From positions 1,696,001 to 1,760,000 of the forward strand of contig OZ240245.1 in assembly GCA_965198175.1 (NCBI GenBank): a stretch of DNA of 64,000 nucleotides, read 5' to 3'. This stretch comes from Candidatus Poribacteria bacterium (GTDB lineage Bacteria; Poribacteria; WGA-4E; PCPOR2b). Position numbers and translations under genes: made by a program. Positions 1 through 8,500 of this stretch are shown piece after piece; the first letter of the stretch is position 1; the number at the start of each line of letters is the position of its first letter. The notes beneath the pieces were generated by a model. The model was given only the letters and a program-made list of their open reading frames with translations, was not told where the DNA came from and made no database searches.

Positions 1-139
1 TTTGGCTCTTACGACCCATGGGCAGATTCCGGCTGCTAGAGAAATGCCCAAGTCCGGACACCGTGATGCTTGCCTTGGACGAATCATTCCTCTCAGAGAT
101 GCCTATACGGTAGACATCGTAGGATTGAAATGATTAGCG

Positions 140-967
140 GTGTCTGAAGCGCCCGGTCGATTGCCGTTGTCTCACAAAGAGCTACAGGACGGGAGTGTAT
201 ATGTGAAGTCCGCAAACTCTGAATCTACACGAGAAGGTCAGACTCGACTGCATTCTTCTCGTGCGCTCTGTCGTGCACTGCGAAAAGCGCTGCGCGAAAA
301 CGCTAATCCCGAGAAGGCGCCGGGGATGCAGGCATACATGAAGTCGGAGATGCCTTATCTCGGCGTGCAGGCGCCCGCCCTGAAAGCCGTGTGCCGCCAA
401 GTCTTCGCTGCCCACCTGATCGAGACGCAGAGCCGCTGGATCGACACCATTCTCGCCGTCTGGCGAGATGCGGATTACCGTGAAGAGCGTTACGCTGCCA
501 TCAAACTTGGCGAATATCCTACCTACCATGAGTTCCAGTCCCTTGAAGCGCTTCCCTGTTACGAGGAGATGGTCGTCGACGGTGCGTGGTGGGACTATGT
601 CGATGCCATCGCGCCTCGGCTTGTCGGCGGACTGCTCACACGCTATCCGGAAGAGATGAAAGTCAAGATACTTGAATGGGCGCACTCATCCGATATCTGG
701 AAACGGCGCACTTCTATCATCTGTCAATTGAAATTCAAAGATACCACAGACGTCGACCTGCTTCAAGCCTGCATCGAGCCGTCCATCGAACGGCGTGAAT
801 TCTTCCTGCGCAAAGCGATTGGCTGGGCGCTGCGCGAGTACGCCAAAACCGATCCAGAGCAGATCATCGCCTATATTGAGAAGAACGCGTGCAGACTAAG
901 CACACTGAGCAAACGCCAAGCGTTACGCATCCTCCTCAGGACAGGCAGAGTCGACGCCGTACCCTAG
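140..967 (+). CDS. DNA alkylation repair protein (AlkD-like HEAT glycosylase family)
   Basis: Motifs MQAYMKSEMPYLGV, WWDYVD, W.RR and EFFLRKAIGWALREY are typical of the DNA_alkylation family. The true start may be downstream of 140. Confidence 0.85.
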   Translation: MSEAPGRLPLSHKELQDGSVYVKSANSESTREGQTRLHSSRALCRALRKALRENANPEKAPGMQAYMKSEMPYLGVQAPALKAVCRQVFAAHLIETQSRWIDTILAVWRDADYREERYAAIKLGEYPTYHEFQSLEALPCYEEMVVDGAWWDYVDAIAPRLVGGLLTRYPEEMKVKILEWAHSSDIWKRRTSIICQLKFKDTTDVDLLQACIEPSIERREFFLRKAIGWALREYAKTDPEQIIAYIEKNACRLSTLSKRQALRILLRTGRVDAVP

Positions 968-1017
968 AAGTTCGATTTCGCAGGTAATACGCGTGCAGAC
1001 GACACGCAGGGTCTAAT

Positions 1018-1242
1018 ATGCCCCACATGTCAATCGCATTGAATCAGTTGAATATGGAAAGTCACGAGGTAAAAGCGTGGTCACCAGCCTATGAAAATTA
1101 CACACTAATTGAAGTTGACGGCAGTACTGAGTTAGTTGTTGATATGGAGGTAACTTCAGCGGAACAGGGCTTCTTCGAAGACGTGTGGACCAAGGCGCTG
1201 AAGATCATTAAAGAATTAGCTGAAACATCGGAGGAATCATGA
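1018..1242 (+). pseudogene. C-terminal fragment of an SRPBCC/START-like protein
   Basis: W.PAYENYTL.E.DG.TEL.VDM...FF...W.KAL..IKELAE resembles the C-terminal half of SRPBCC proteins. The N-terminal half is absent. Confidence 0.5.
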
Positions 1243-1637
1243 TTGGACATACCTTTATAAATCTACCGGTCAAAGATCTCGACCAAACTAGGGAATTCTT
1301 CTCGCAGTTGGAGTTTGAATTTGATGATGACTTTAGCGGCGAAGAATGCGTGTGCATGGTAATCGCTGATGGGTGCCGTGCTATGCTGGTCGTTGAGTCT
1401 TTTTTCCAACGGTTTACCAAGAAAGAGATTGCCGACGCATCGAAGACAACAGAGGTCGTCACCGCTTTATCTGCCGATAGCCGAGAAGCGGTAGATTCGA
1501 TGATGAGCAAGGTACTCAACGCAGGCGGCGCCGAACCGATACCTGTCGAAGACCATGCCTGGATGTACTGCAGGACGTTTGAGGACCCAAATGGACACAT
1601 GTGGGAAGTGTTCCACATGAGCCAAGGGGAGGAGTAA
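1239..1637 (+). CDS. VOC/glyoxalase family protein
   Basis: FINLPVKDL..TREFF at the N-terminus and MYCRTFEDPNGH.WEV at the C-terminus; SD GGAGG upstream. Confidence 0.9.
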   Translation: MIGHTFINLPVKDLDQTREFFSQLEFEFDDDFSGEECVCMVIADGCRAMLVVESFFQRFTKKEIADASKTTEVVTALSADSREAVDSMMSKVLNAGGAEPIPVEDHAWMYCRTFEDPNGHMWEVFHMSQGEE

Positions 1638-1744
1638 TTCACCGATTCCAAGACACACATCCCGCCCGGGGCAGAGAATCGCGTCCGGTCCAAAGCAGCG
1701 TTATAGATACGCGAAATCTGTCTCGCGACGAGGGGAAGGATAGC

Positions 1745-2122
1745 ATGACTAAACACTACAACCCTGTAGGCTGGTTCGAGATTCCAGTGCTAGATTTGGA
1801 GAGAGCCAAGCGATTCTACGAATCGGTAATGGATTTCCAGCTTACCCTTACCACAATGGGATCTGAGGAGATGGCGTGGTTTCCCTCTGTCGAAGCCGGG
1901 ATTGGTGCCTCCGGTACCCTTATTAAATCGGAAGGTTTCACGCCATCTCACGCCGGTACGTTGATCTACTTTACTGCGCCCGATATTGAGGGGACATTGG
2001 CGCGAGTCAACGCCAACGGCGGAAAGACACTCCTGCCCAAGACTAGCATCGGCGAATACGGGTTCATCGCCCACTTCGAGGATTCCGAAGGAAATCGACT
2101 GGCGCTGCACTCTAGGAATTGA
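1745..2122 (+). CDS. VOC family protein
   Basis: NPVGWFEIPV.DL.RAK.FY and FEDSEGNRLALH. Start moved to ATG 1745, which follows an AAGGA SD. Confidence 0.9.
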   Translation: MTKHYNPVGWFEIPVLDLERAKRFYESVMDFQLTLTTMGSEEMAWFPSVEAGIGASGTLIKSEGFTPSHAGTLIYFTAPDIEGTLARVNANGGKTLLPKTSIGEYGFIAHFEDSEGNRLALHSRN

Positions 2123-2195
2123 GTTTCTTCCAGAGGTGCACACCGTACACCGTTGAAACAAATTGGCACTAATGCAATGTCGCAAGGAGGCAAAT

Positions 2196-3695
2196 GTGAT
2201 TCCTATCACCGCTGCCATGCTCTATGACTTAATCCAGTGCGAGCACCGGCCGACCATGGACCTGTTCTCCGGCCCTGCCAAGCGCGATGAAATCAACCCG
2301 TTCGTCAAGCTGCTTTGGGAAAAAGGTATCGCGCATGAGCGCGATGTAATCGCTCGTATTGAAATTCGCATACTAAATCTGTCGTCCTATAGCGGTGAAG
2401 AACAGGAACAAAGGACGTTTGACGCCATGTGCCAAGGAGAGCCGCTAATTTACAGAGGGCGCATAACCGCAGATGACCTTTTGGGAGAACCTCCTCTGTT
2501 GAGACGCGATGGCAACGGCTACGTGGCCGGGTCCATCAAGTGCGGATCCGGGGAACATGGCGACAGCGACAGCGATGATTCTAAACCGAAGAAGCACTAC
2601 GGGGTACAGTTGGCGCTTTACACCGACATTCTTGAGCACCTCAACTTGGCAGGCTCACGGCGTCCGTTCGTGTGGGACATTCACGGAAAAGAGGTCACTT
2701 ACGATCTTGAGGAACTACAGGGCAAACATAATCCCTGGACGATGTGGCATGTTTATCAGAAAAAGCTGAAGCAAGCGAGACAAATTGTTGCGAAGTCGTA
2801 TCAGAGTACGCCGGCCTATGGTTCAGGTTGCAAGTTGTGCCATTGGTATTCCGCCTGCCTCGCCGAGCTTGAAAAATCGGACGACCTCACTCTTTTGCCC
2901 GATCTTGGTCGGAAGAAACGCGACGTGATGGTCGACTTGATTCCAACTATATCAGACTTGGCAGCCGCGGATATTAATCAATTCATTTCAGGCAAGAAGA
3001 CTAAATTCGCGGGAATAGGTACCGCTACGCTCCACAAGTTTCACCGACGAGCCAAACTTAACAAAACCGATAGTGCGCCCCCTTTCCTGACAGAATCGAT
3101 AAACCTTCCAAATAGCGAAACAGAACTATTTTTCGACATAGAAGTTGACCCGATGCGAGATTTCTGCTATTTGCACGGATTTGTCGAACGCCGCGGCGGC
3201 AACAACAGAACTGAGCGTTACATTCCCTTTTTCGCGGATGAAATTACGCCTGAAGCGGAGGAGCGGGCGTTCCGCGAAGCTTGGGAATATATCAAGAATA
3301 GACAACCCTGCATCATTTACTATTACTCGAAGTATGAGCGCACAGTATGGCGAAAGTTACAGCTTAAACATCCAAGCGTGTGTACCGAGGAGGAAATTGA
3401 AGAACTATTCGATCCTTGCCAATCTGTAGATCTATATTTCGATGTCGTTAGGAAGGCGACAGAATGGCCGACTCGAGATTACTCAATCAAGACACTGGCG
3501 ACATTCCTAGGCTTCAACTGGCGGGACCCGCATCCCTCCGGTGCGGCATCAATTGAATGGTTCGATCGTTGGATTGAAACCGGAGATCTATCCATCAAAC
3601 AGCGGATTCTTGATTACAACGAAGATGACTGCATCGCCACTCGGGTTTTGCTTGACGGCATACGCAACCTCCAATTGAAACAGGATGCCAACTAA
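2196..3695 (+). CDS. TM0106-family RecB/Cas4-like putative nuclease with C-terminal RNase H-like domain
   Basis: QLALY motif, Cys cluster (C..H; CKLCHWYSAC), FFDIE...DLY...YSIK...YNEDDC. GTG start after AAGGAGG. Confidence 0.8.
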   Translation: MIPITAAMLYDLIQCEHRPTMDLFSGPAKRDEINPFVKLLWEKGIAHERDVIARIEIRILNLSSYSGEEQEQRTFDAMCQGEPLIYRGRITADDLLGEPPLLRRDGNGYVAGSIKCGSGEHGDSDSDDSKPKKHYGVQLALYTDILEHLNLAGSRRPFVWDIHGKEVTYDLEELQGKHNPWTMWHVYQKKLKQARQIVAKSYQSTPAYGSGCKLCHWYSACLAELEKSDDLTLLPDLGRKKRDVMVDLIPTISDLAAADINQFISGKKTKFAGIGTATLHKFHRRAKLNKTDSAPPFLTESINLPNSETELFFDIEVDPMRDFCYLHGFVERRGGNNRTERYIPFFADEITPEAEERAFREAWEYIKNRQPCIIYYYSKYERTVWRKLQLKHPSVCTEEEIEELFDPCQSVDLYFDVVRKATEWPTRDYSIKTLATFLGFNWRDPHPSGAASIEWFDRWIETGDLSIKQRILDYNEDDCIATRVLLDGIRNLQLKQDAN

Positions 3696-3829
3696 CGGAG
3701 CTAGCGGTCTCCGTTTAGTACCCGGCTCCTTTGACGAATTTATCGCAGCGAATCAAACCTCTCCTGAATCCGCAGGACGAATTTCTACGTTGAGATGATT
3801 GCCATCGCCAGCCAACAAAGGAGCCAATC

Positions 3830-4213
3830 ATGAAGATTCAACTGACTAGTGTATTTGTGGACGATCAAGACAAAGCGCTTAGATTCTATGTCGAGGTTTT
3901 GGGTTTTGTTAAGAAACAAGATTTTCCGGTCGGGAAATTTAGATGGATCACGGTGGTTTCGCCGGAGGGACCGGATGATATTGAGTTGGTGCTTGAACCG
4001 AACGACAACCCGGCAGCCAAGGCTTACCAAAAGTCGCTCTACCAGCAAAGAATACCGCATACGGCATTTGCCGTTGACGATGTCCGAAAAGAGTACGAAC
4101 GATTGAAGGATTTGGGCGTCGTATTTACGATGGAGCCAACAGAAACAGGGCCGGTGATTAGAGCCATATTTGATGATACCTGCGGCAATCTCATACAGCT
4201 CTATCAGGTCTAA
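3830..4213 (+). CDS. VOC family protein
   Basis: SVFVDDQDKALRFY...FDDTCGNLIQL; SD AAGGAG. Confidence 0.9.
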   Translation: MKIQLTSVFVDDQDKALRFYVEVLGFVKKQDFPVGKFRWITVVSPEGPDDIELVLEPNDNPAAKAYQKSLYQQRIPHTAFAVDDVRKEYERLKDLGVVFTMEPTETGPVIRAIFDDTCGNLIQLYQV

Positions 4214-4319
4214 TCGACGTTCGGTAAACCTTGAGAAATTCAACAGTAAACGTCCGGCGCCAGTGATCGTCAGGCTTGGGCGCTGCGACGCCGTGAGACG
4301 GAATTGGAGCTAACTTAAG

Positions 4320-5477
4320 ATGAAACCCGCGAAAGTACTTGCAGCCGCAGCCGCGGCAGGCGACCTCAAAACCATGCGTGCCATGCTCAACGAAGACGAC
4401 GCGAGCGCCACCGACTGGAAGCCGATAATGGATGCTTGCCACGTCGGACAAGCGGACGCTGTAGCCCTTCTGCTTGAGCATGGCGCCGATCCGAATGTGA
4501 AATCCAAGCGGGGGGGTCACCACTACCGTCCCCGCCACCGTACAGTGGAGCACAAGAAGACAGCCCCCAAGCACGACGGTCATCATCAGGTGGTTAATCT
4601 GTTGCTCGATGCTGGCGCCGATCCATTGACGCCGGGCAGCTACTGGCTCATTAGCGCGATCGCCCTCTGTGCCACCGGCGATTCGACCGAATTCCTGCCG
4701 GCGCTGCTGGATAGGGTTCCCAATCAGCACGACATCTTTCACGCTTCCGTGCTCGGCGACGCCGGGCGCGTGAACTCTCTTTTGAAGGACGACGCATCCC
4801 TAGCGAAGGCGCATCACGAGGGAACTAAAATCTGGACGAGTGACGAGGGCTGGACGCCACTGACCTACTGCGTCAGTTCGCGCGTGGGAAGAGATAGCGA
4901 GAAGAAGCGGAAAGCACTGGAACAGATTGCGCGGAGCTTGCTCGAACACGGAGCCGATCTCACCGGCTGCGTCGACCAAGCTATCTACAGCAACAACCTG
5001 GAGGTATTCGAGACACTCCTCAAAGCAGGGGGAACTTGCGCCGACGACGACACGCTCAACCACGCCGCTTGCGACGGACAGTTTGACGCACTTGAACTGC
5101 TGCTGAAGTACGGAGGGGCGCTCGATGGCACCCGCGGCACCGATCATCATGGCGGCTACACCCCGCTCGGCTGCGCTGTCTCGTGCCGCAGCATTCAGGG
5201 AGCGCGGTGGTTTCTGGAGAAGGGTCAGGATCCGAACAACATCAAGAGCAAGGACGGTGAAAACTGCCTGCACGTGGCGGTACATTTCGGTGCCAGCGAT
5301 AAGATGCTGCAGTTGCTGCTCGATCACGGAGCCAAGATTAACCAGAAGGACAAACAGGGGCGCACGCCACTAGCGCGAGCGCAGGAGAAGAAGCACAAGA
5401 AGGCGATTGCCTTCCTGGAAGCAGCCGCCGCAAAGGCGTGTGTAGAGTGGAATCACATGAACCGTCGGCGGGGATAA
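4320..5477 (+). CDS. Ankyrin repeat protein
   Basis: Repeated LL.HGADPN, G.TPL and LLLDHGAKINQKD.QGRTPL motifs. Confidence 0.9.
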   Translation: MKPAKVLAAAAAAGDLKTMRAMLNEDDASATDWKPIMDACHVGQADAVALLLEHGADPNVKSKRGGHHYRPRHRTVEHKKTAPKHDGHHQVVNLLLDAGADPLTPGSYWLISAIALCATGDSTEFLPALLDRVPNQHDIFHASVLGDAGRVNSLLKDDASLAKAHHEGTKIWTSDEGWTPLTYCVSSRVGRDSEKKRKALEQIARSLLEHGADLTGCVDQAIYSNNLEVFETLLKAGGTCADDDTLNHAACDGQFDALELLLKYGGALDGTRGTDHHGGYTPLGCAVSCRSIQGARWFLEKGQDPNNIKSKDGENCLHVAVHFGASDKMLQLLLDHGAKINQKDKQGRTPLARAQEKKHKKAIAFLEAAAAKACVEWNHMNRRRG

Positions 5478-5553
5478 GACTGGGGATGGGAAAACCACGA
5501 CACACTTTCAGAACTTTCAGATGCAATTTCCCCGGTGACAGAATGATTTACAC

Positions 5554-5582
5554 TTGACAACTATGTTTTTGTGTAGTATATT
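5554..5582 (+). promoter_or_regulatory. sigma70-type promoter, probably leaderless
   Basis: TTGACA(5554-59)-17 bp-TATATT(5577-82); the ATG follows 7 nt later with no SD. Confidence 0.65.
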
Positions 5583-5589
5583 TTAGGGC

Positions 5590-6372
5590 ATGGCACACGC
5601 CCACTTAAACATAGAAGAGCACGCGGCGCGTTCGGTCTTGATGCCCCAAGACGGTATCCCGGTCAGCGGTTACACCCTCAATCCGTACATCGGCTGCGGC
5701 ATGGGATGCGCATATTGCTATGTCATGAAGTACCACTATGCCCGCGAGCACCCTTTGCCCTGGGGCACTTGGGTCAAGCCCAAGATTAACGCCCCCTTCC
5801 TACTCGGCAAGGCGCGCGCTAAAATTTGGGGTCGTCGGATTTTCGTGGGTTCAGCCACTGATCCGTACCAATACATCGAACGGCAATACCGGCTCACTCG
5901 GCGCTGTTTGAAGATAGTGTTGGAAAGCAACCCGAAAAGCGTCGTGGTGCACACGCGCAGCCCACTCATCCTGGACGACCTAGAGATGTTGCAGGCATTT
6001 GGTAGCCGCTTGCGGGTGGGCTTTTCCGTACTCACCGACGACGATCGGGTGCGGCGCAAACTGGAGCCGCACGCCCCGCGCATTGGGGTGCGCCTGAGAA
6101 CGATGCGGCGCCTCAGAGTCGCGGGTATTCACGTAATGGCATCATTGACGCCGCTACTCTACTGTAGACCCGCACGATTCGCGGAATTGCTTAAAGATGC
6201 CGCAGATGGCGTCTACACCGGGTCGATCCGCTACCTAGACAAAACGCGCATACACCAGATGGAGCGCGCCAAAGCCTATTTCCGCAGCGCCCAGTACGAG
6301 GAACTGCTCAAAGAGATGAACCGCTGTTTGGAGGAAGTTGGGCTGCTGACGGATTGCACCGACGAAGAATAA
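5590..6372 (+). CDS. Radical SAM protein, spore photoproduct lyase-like (SplB/COG1533)
   Basis: LNPYIGCGMGCAYCY (CX3CX2C), GSATDPYQ, TRSPLILDD, LEP.AP. Confidence 0.85.
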   Translation: MAHAHLNIEEHAARSVLMPQDGIPVSGYTLNPYIGCGMGCAYCYVMKYHYAREHPLPWGTWVKPKINAPFLLGKARAKIWGRRIFVGSATDPYQYIERQYRLTRRCLKIVLESNPKSVVVHTRSPLILDDLEMLQAFGSRLRVGFSVLTDDDRVRRKLEPHAPRIGVRLRTMRRLRVAGIHVMASLTPLLYCRPARFAELLKDAADGVYTGSIRYLDKTRIHQMERAKAYFRSAQYEELLKEMNRCLEEVGLLTDCTDEE

Positions 6373-6417
6373 GCTCGCAAGGAGGAAAAAGCCGTTGAGT
6401 CTGTTTTTCGAACGGAC

Positions 6418-8499
6418 TCAAACTAGTTGCATCTGCAAATCATCCAAGAACTCCGAAGCGGGCTCAACACTCGTGACTAACAGGTGGTCGCGCGCACGTG
6501 TGCATGCGACATAGAGTAGATGCCTCTCGGTGTTGTAGACCTCCTCAAGATCCGCATCGTCCGCGACGGTTTCAATCCGTTCCTGCAGCGGAATTACCTC
6601 GTCGTCACACGCCATGACTACTACCGCGCGAAACTCTAAACCTTTCGCCAAGTGCATCGTGCTGATTGATACGCAGTCTTCGCGTGTTCCCGCGCCATGA
6701 TCCAAGACCCGATATGGCAACTCAGCGCCGTGCGCCGCCGAACAGGCTCGGTCAAGCTCCTTCTTCGATCGTACGAATATCCCAATCTCCTTAGCCTCCA
6801 CACCTTCATCCCGGCGTTCCTGTAGCCATGTCCCAACAACGTTGCCTTCTTCCTCTTCGCCCTCGGATCGGCGTATTGCCGGATGTTCGCCGTTGAATGC
6901 CGAGACCGTTCCCCGCCGATCTTCAACGTTTCCATCAACGTCCGTGACTTCGGGTCCCAGCAACAGATCCGCCCGCATCCGGATTTGGTGGGACGTCCGA
7001 TAGTTGAGTTTGAGCGTCTGAGATCTTCCTCTGATGTCAACACCCAACGCACTCCAGGAAAACGGCGTCTGGAAGATGCGTTGTCCTAAATCGCCCGCGA
7101 AAAAGAGGCTGTTTCGCCGGCTGCCGCCCAATGCGGAGATGAACCGCAGTTGGGCGGGTTTGATGTCCTGCGCCTCATCCACAATTGCGAAGTCAAACGG
7201 AGGGTTCCGGCGATCGTTGAGCGTCTCCGCAAGCAAGCTGAACAACTCTGCGCGAGTCACGAGACCTCGATTTCGAAGTTCAGCCTTGACCCGTTCAAAG
7301 ATGGACCAAAGCGCAGAACGCTGCGTTACGGGCAGACGTGTTTTGCGCCCTAGTCTTCTGACATCGCGATATGCCTCCCAACTATCCAACTGCCATGCGT
7401 CAACAACGTTCTTCCACTCGCTCAACAGAAATCTGAGACTGAAGTGATTCGTCTGCTCTTGGCTAATAGCATCCGCTAGAATTGACTTAAATTGCTCCTG
7501 AGTTACGATTTTTGGTGAACCGAACTGAGCCCGATAAAGCCGCTCTCCAACCGCGTCAATTGCATCAACCTCCACGCGCTCTGCAAGTTTAGGTTCGTTG
7601 TAGATTAGTCGCTTGAGTTTCGTCCGTAGCGCATCAGCCAACGTATCAGAAAAGGTGGTGAGTAGAATCCTAGCGTCCGGATTGGCGCGTGCGAGGAATA
7701 CGGCGCGGTGCATAGCCACCACAGTTTTCCCGGTGCCGGCTGAGCCAGCAACACGGAACGGACCGTTGTAGTCCTTCTCTACGATTTGCCGTTGCGCCGG
7801 GTGGAGGAACACTGCCCACTTTTCCCAAGGATAGTCGAGTGCACGTTGCAGTTCTTCCACATTCGTCATCAACCGGAAGCGGCGCTGCGCGTCGGGATGA
7901 TCGAAGGGATTAGTGGTGGGAATTATGGGTGGAATCATCGGCGGCGTTCCGCCAACAGCTAACTCAAGCAGTGCTTCCGCCGCCTCGCGGGGCAGTCGCT
8001 CGCAAAGTTGTAGCAGACTATCTTCATTCGCTTTTCGCACTTTCCCCAACCACTCACTCGGCACGCCGTAACCCAGCAGATCGCTTTCGGGGATGTCCGT
8101 GAATAGGAACGGTTTGGGTGGTGCCTCTTGTTCTGTTTCCACATAGACGGGCACGGTGATTTCTTGAACCGTCTCCCGCACTTCGACTATTTGAGCTGCG
8201 CCGGTCTTGGGGTGGGTCTCTAGTTTGCGCCGTTCCGCCCATTGGTAGGCGTCGTCGTGATGATCAACGTAGCACAGTACCAAGCTGCTCTGGCTCCGAT
8301 GCACAATCATTCGGAGGTCACGGCTGACGCGGACAGACCAGAAATTAGGCTCTCTTGCCCTCTGCAGCTTGTGGAACTGTAGTCCCGGCTGCGCCGGATT
8401 CATTTGGAGGTCAAAGGCTGTGGTCTTGGCAGCCTTCTGCTCGCTGCCCGTCAGCTTGGCGAGGCTGTCAACGAAGGTGCTGGCAATTCGGAAATCCAT
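6418..8499 (-). CDS. UvrD/SF1 helicase with N-terminal RelE-like domain
   Basis: Walker A GSAGTGKT, IVDEAQD, GDLGQRI, NYRT, TMHLAKGLEF, LYVACTRA; N-terminal FWSVRVSRDLRMIV. Start set at ATG 8499, directly after the S8 gene stop. Confidence 0.85.
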   Translation of the reverse strand: MDFRIASTFVDSLAKLTGSEQKAAKTTAFDLQMNPAQPGLQFHKLQRAREPNFWSVRVSRDLRMIVHRSQSSLVLCYVDHHDDAYQWAERRKLETHPKTGAAQIVEVRETVQEITVPVYVETEQEAPPKPFLFTDIPESDLLGYGVPSEWLGKVRKANEDSLLQLCERLPREAAEALLELAVGGTPPMIPPIIPTTNPFDHPDAQRRFRLMTNVEELQRALDYPWEKWAVFLHPAQRQIVEKDYNGPFRVAGSAGTGKTVVAMHRAVFLARANPDARILLTTFSDTLADALRTKLKRLIYNEPKLAERVEVDAIDAVGERLYRAQFGSPKIVTQEQFKSILADAISQEQTNHFSLRFLLSEWKNVVDAWQLDSWEAYRDVRRLGRKTRLPVTQRSALWSIFERVKAELRNRGLVTRAELFSLLAETLNDRRNPPFDFAIVDEAQDIKPAQLRFISALGGSRRNSLFFAGDLGQRIFQTPFSWSALGVDIRGRSQTLKLNYRTSHQIRMRADLLLGPEVTDVDGNVEDRRGTVSAFNGEHPAIRRSEGEEEEGNVVGTWLQERRDEGVEAKEIGIFVRSKKELDRACSAAHGAELPYRVLDHGAGTREDCVSISTMHLAKGLEFRAVVVMACDDEVIPLQERIETVADDADLEEVYNTERHLLYVACTRARDHLLVTSVEPASEFLDDLQMQLV

Positions 8500-8500
8500 C

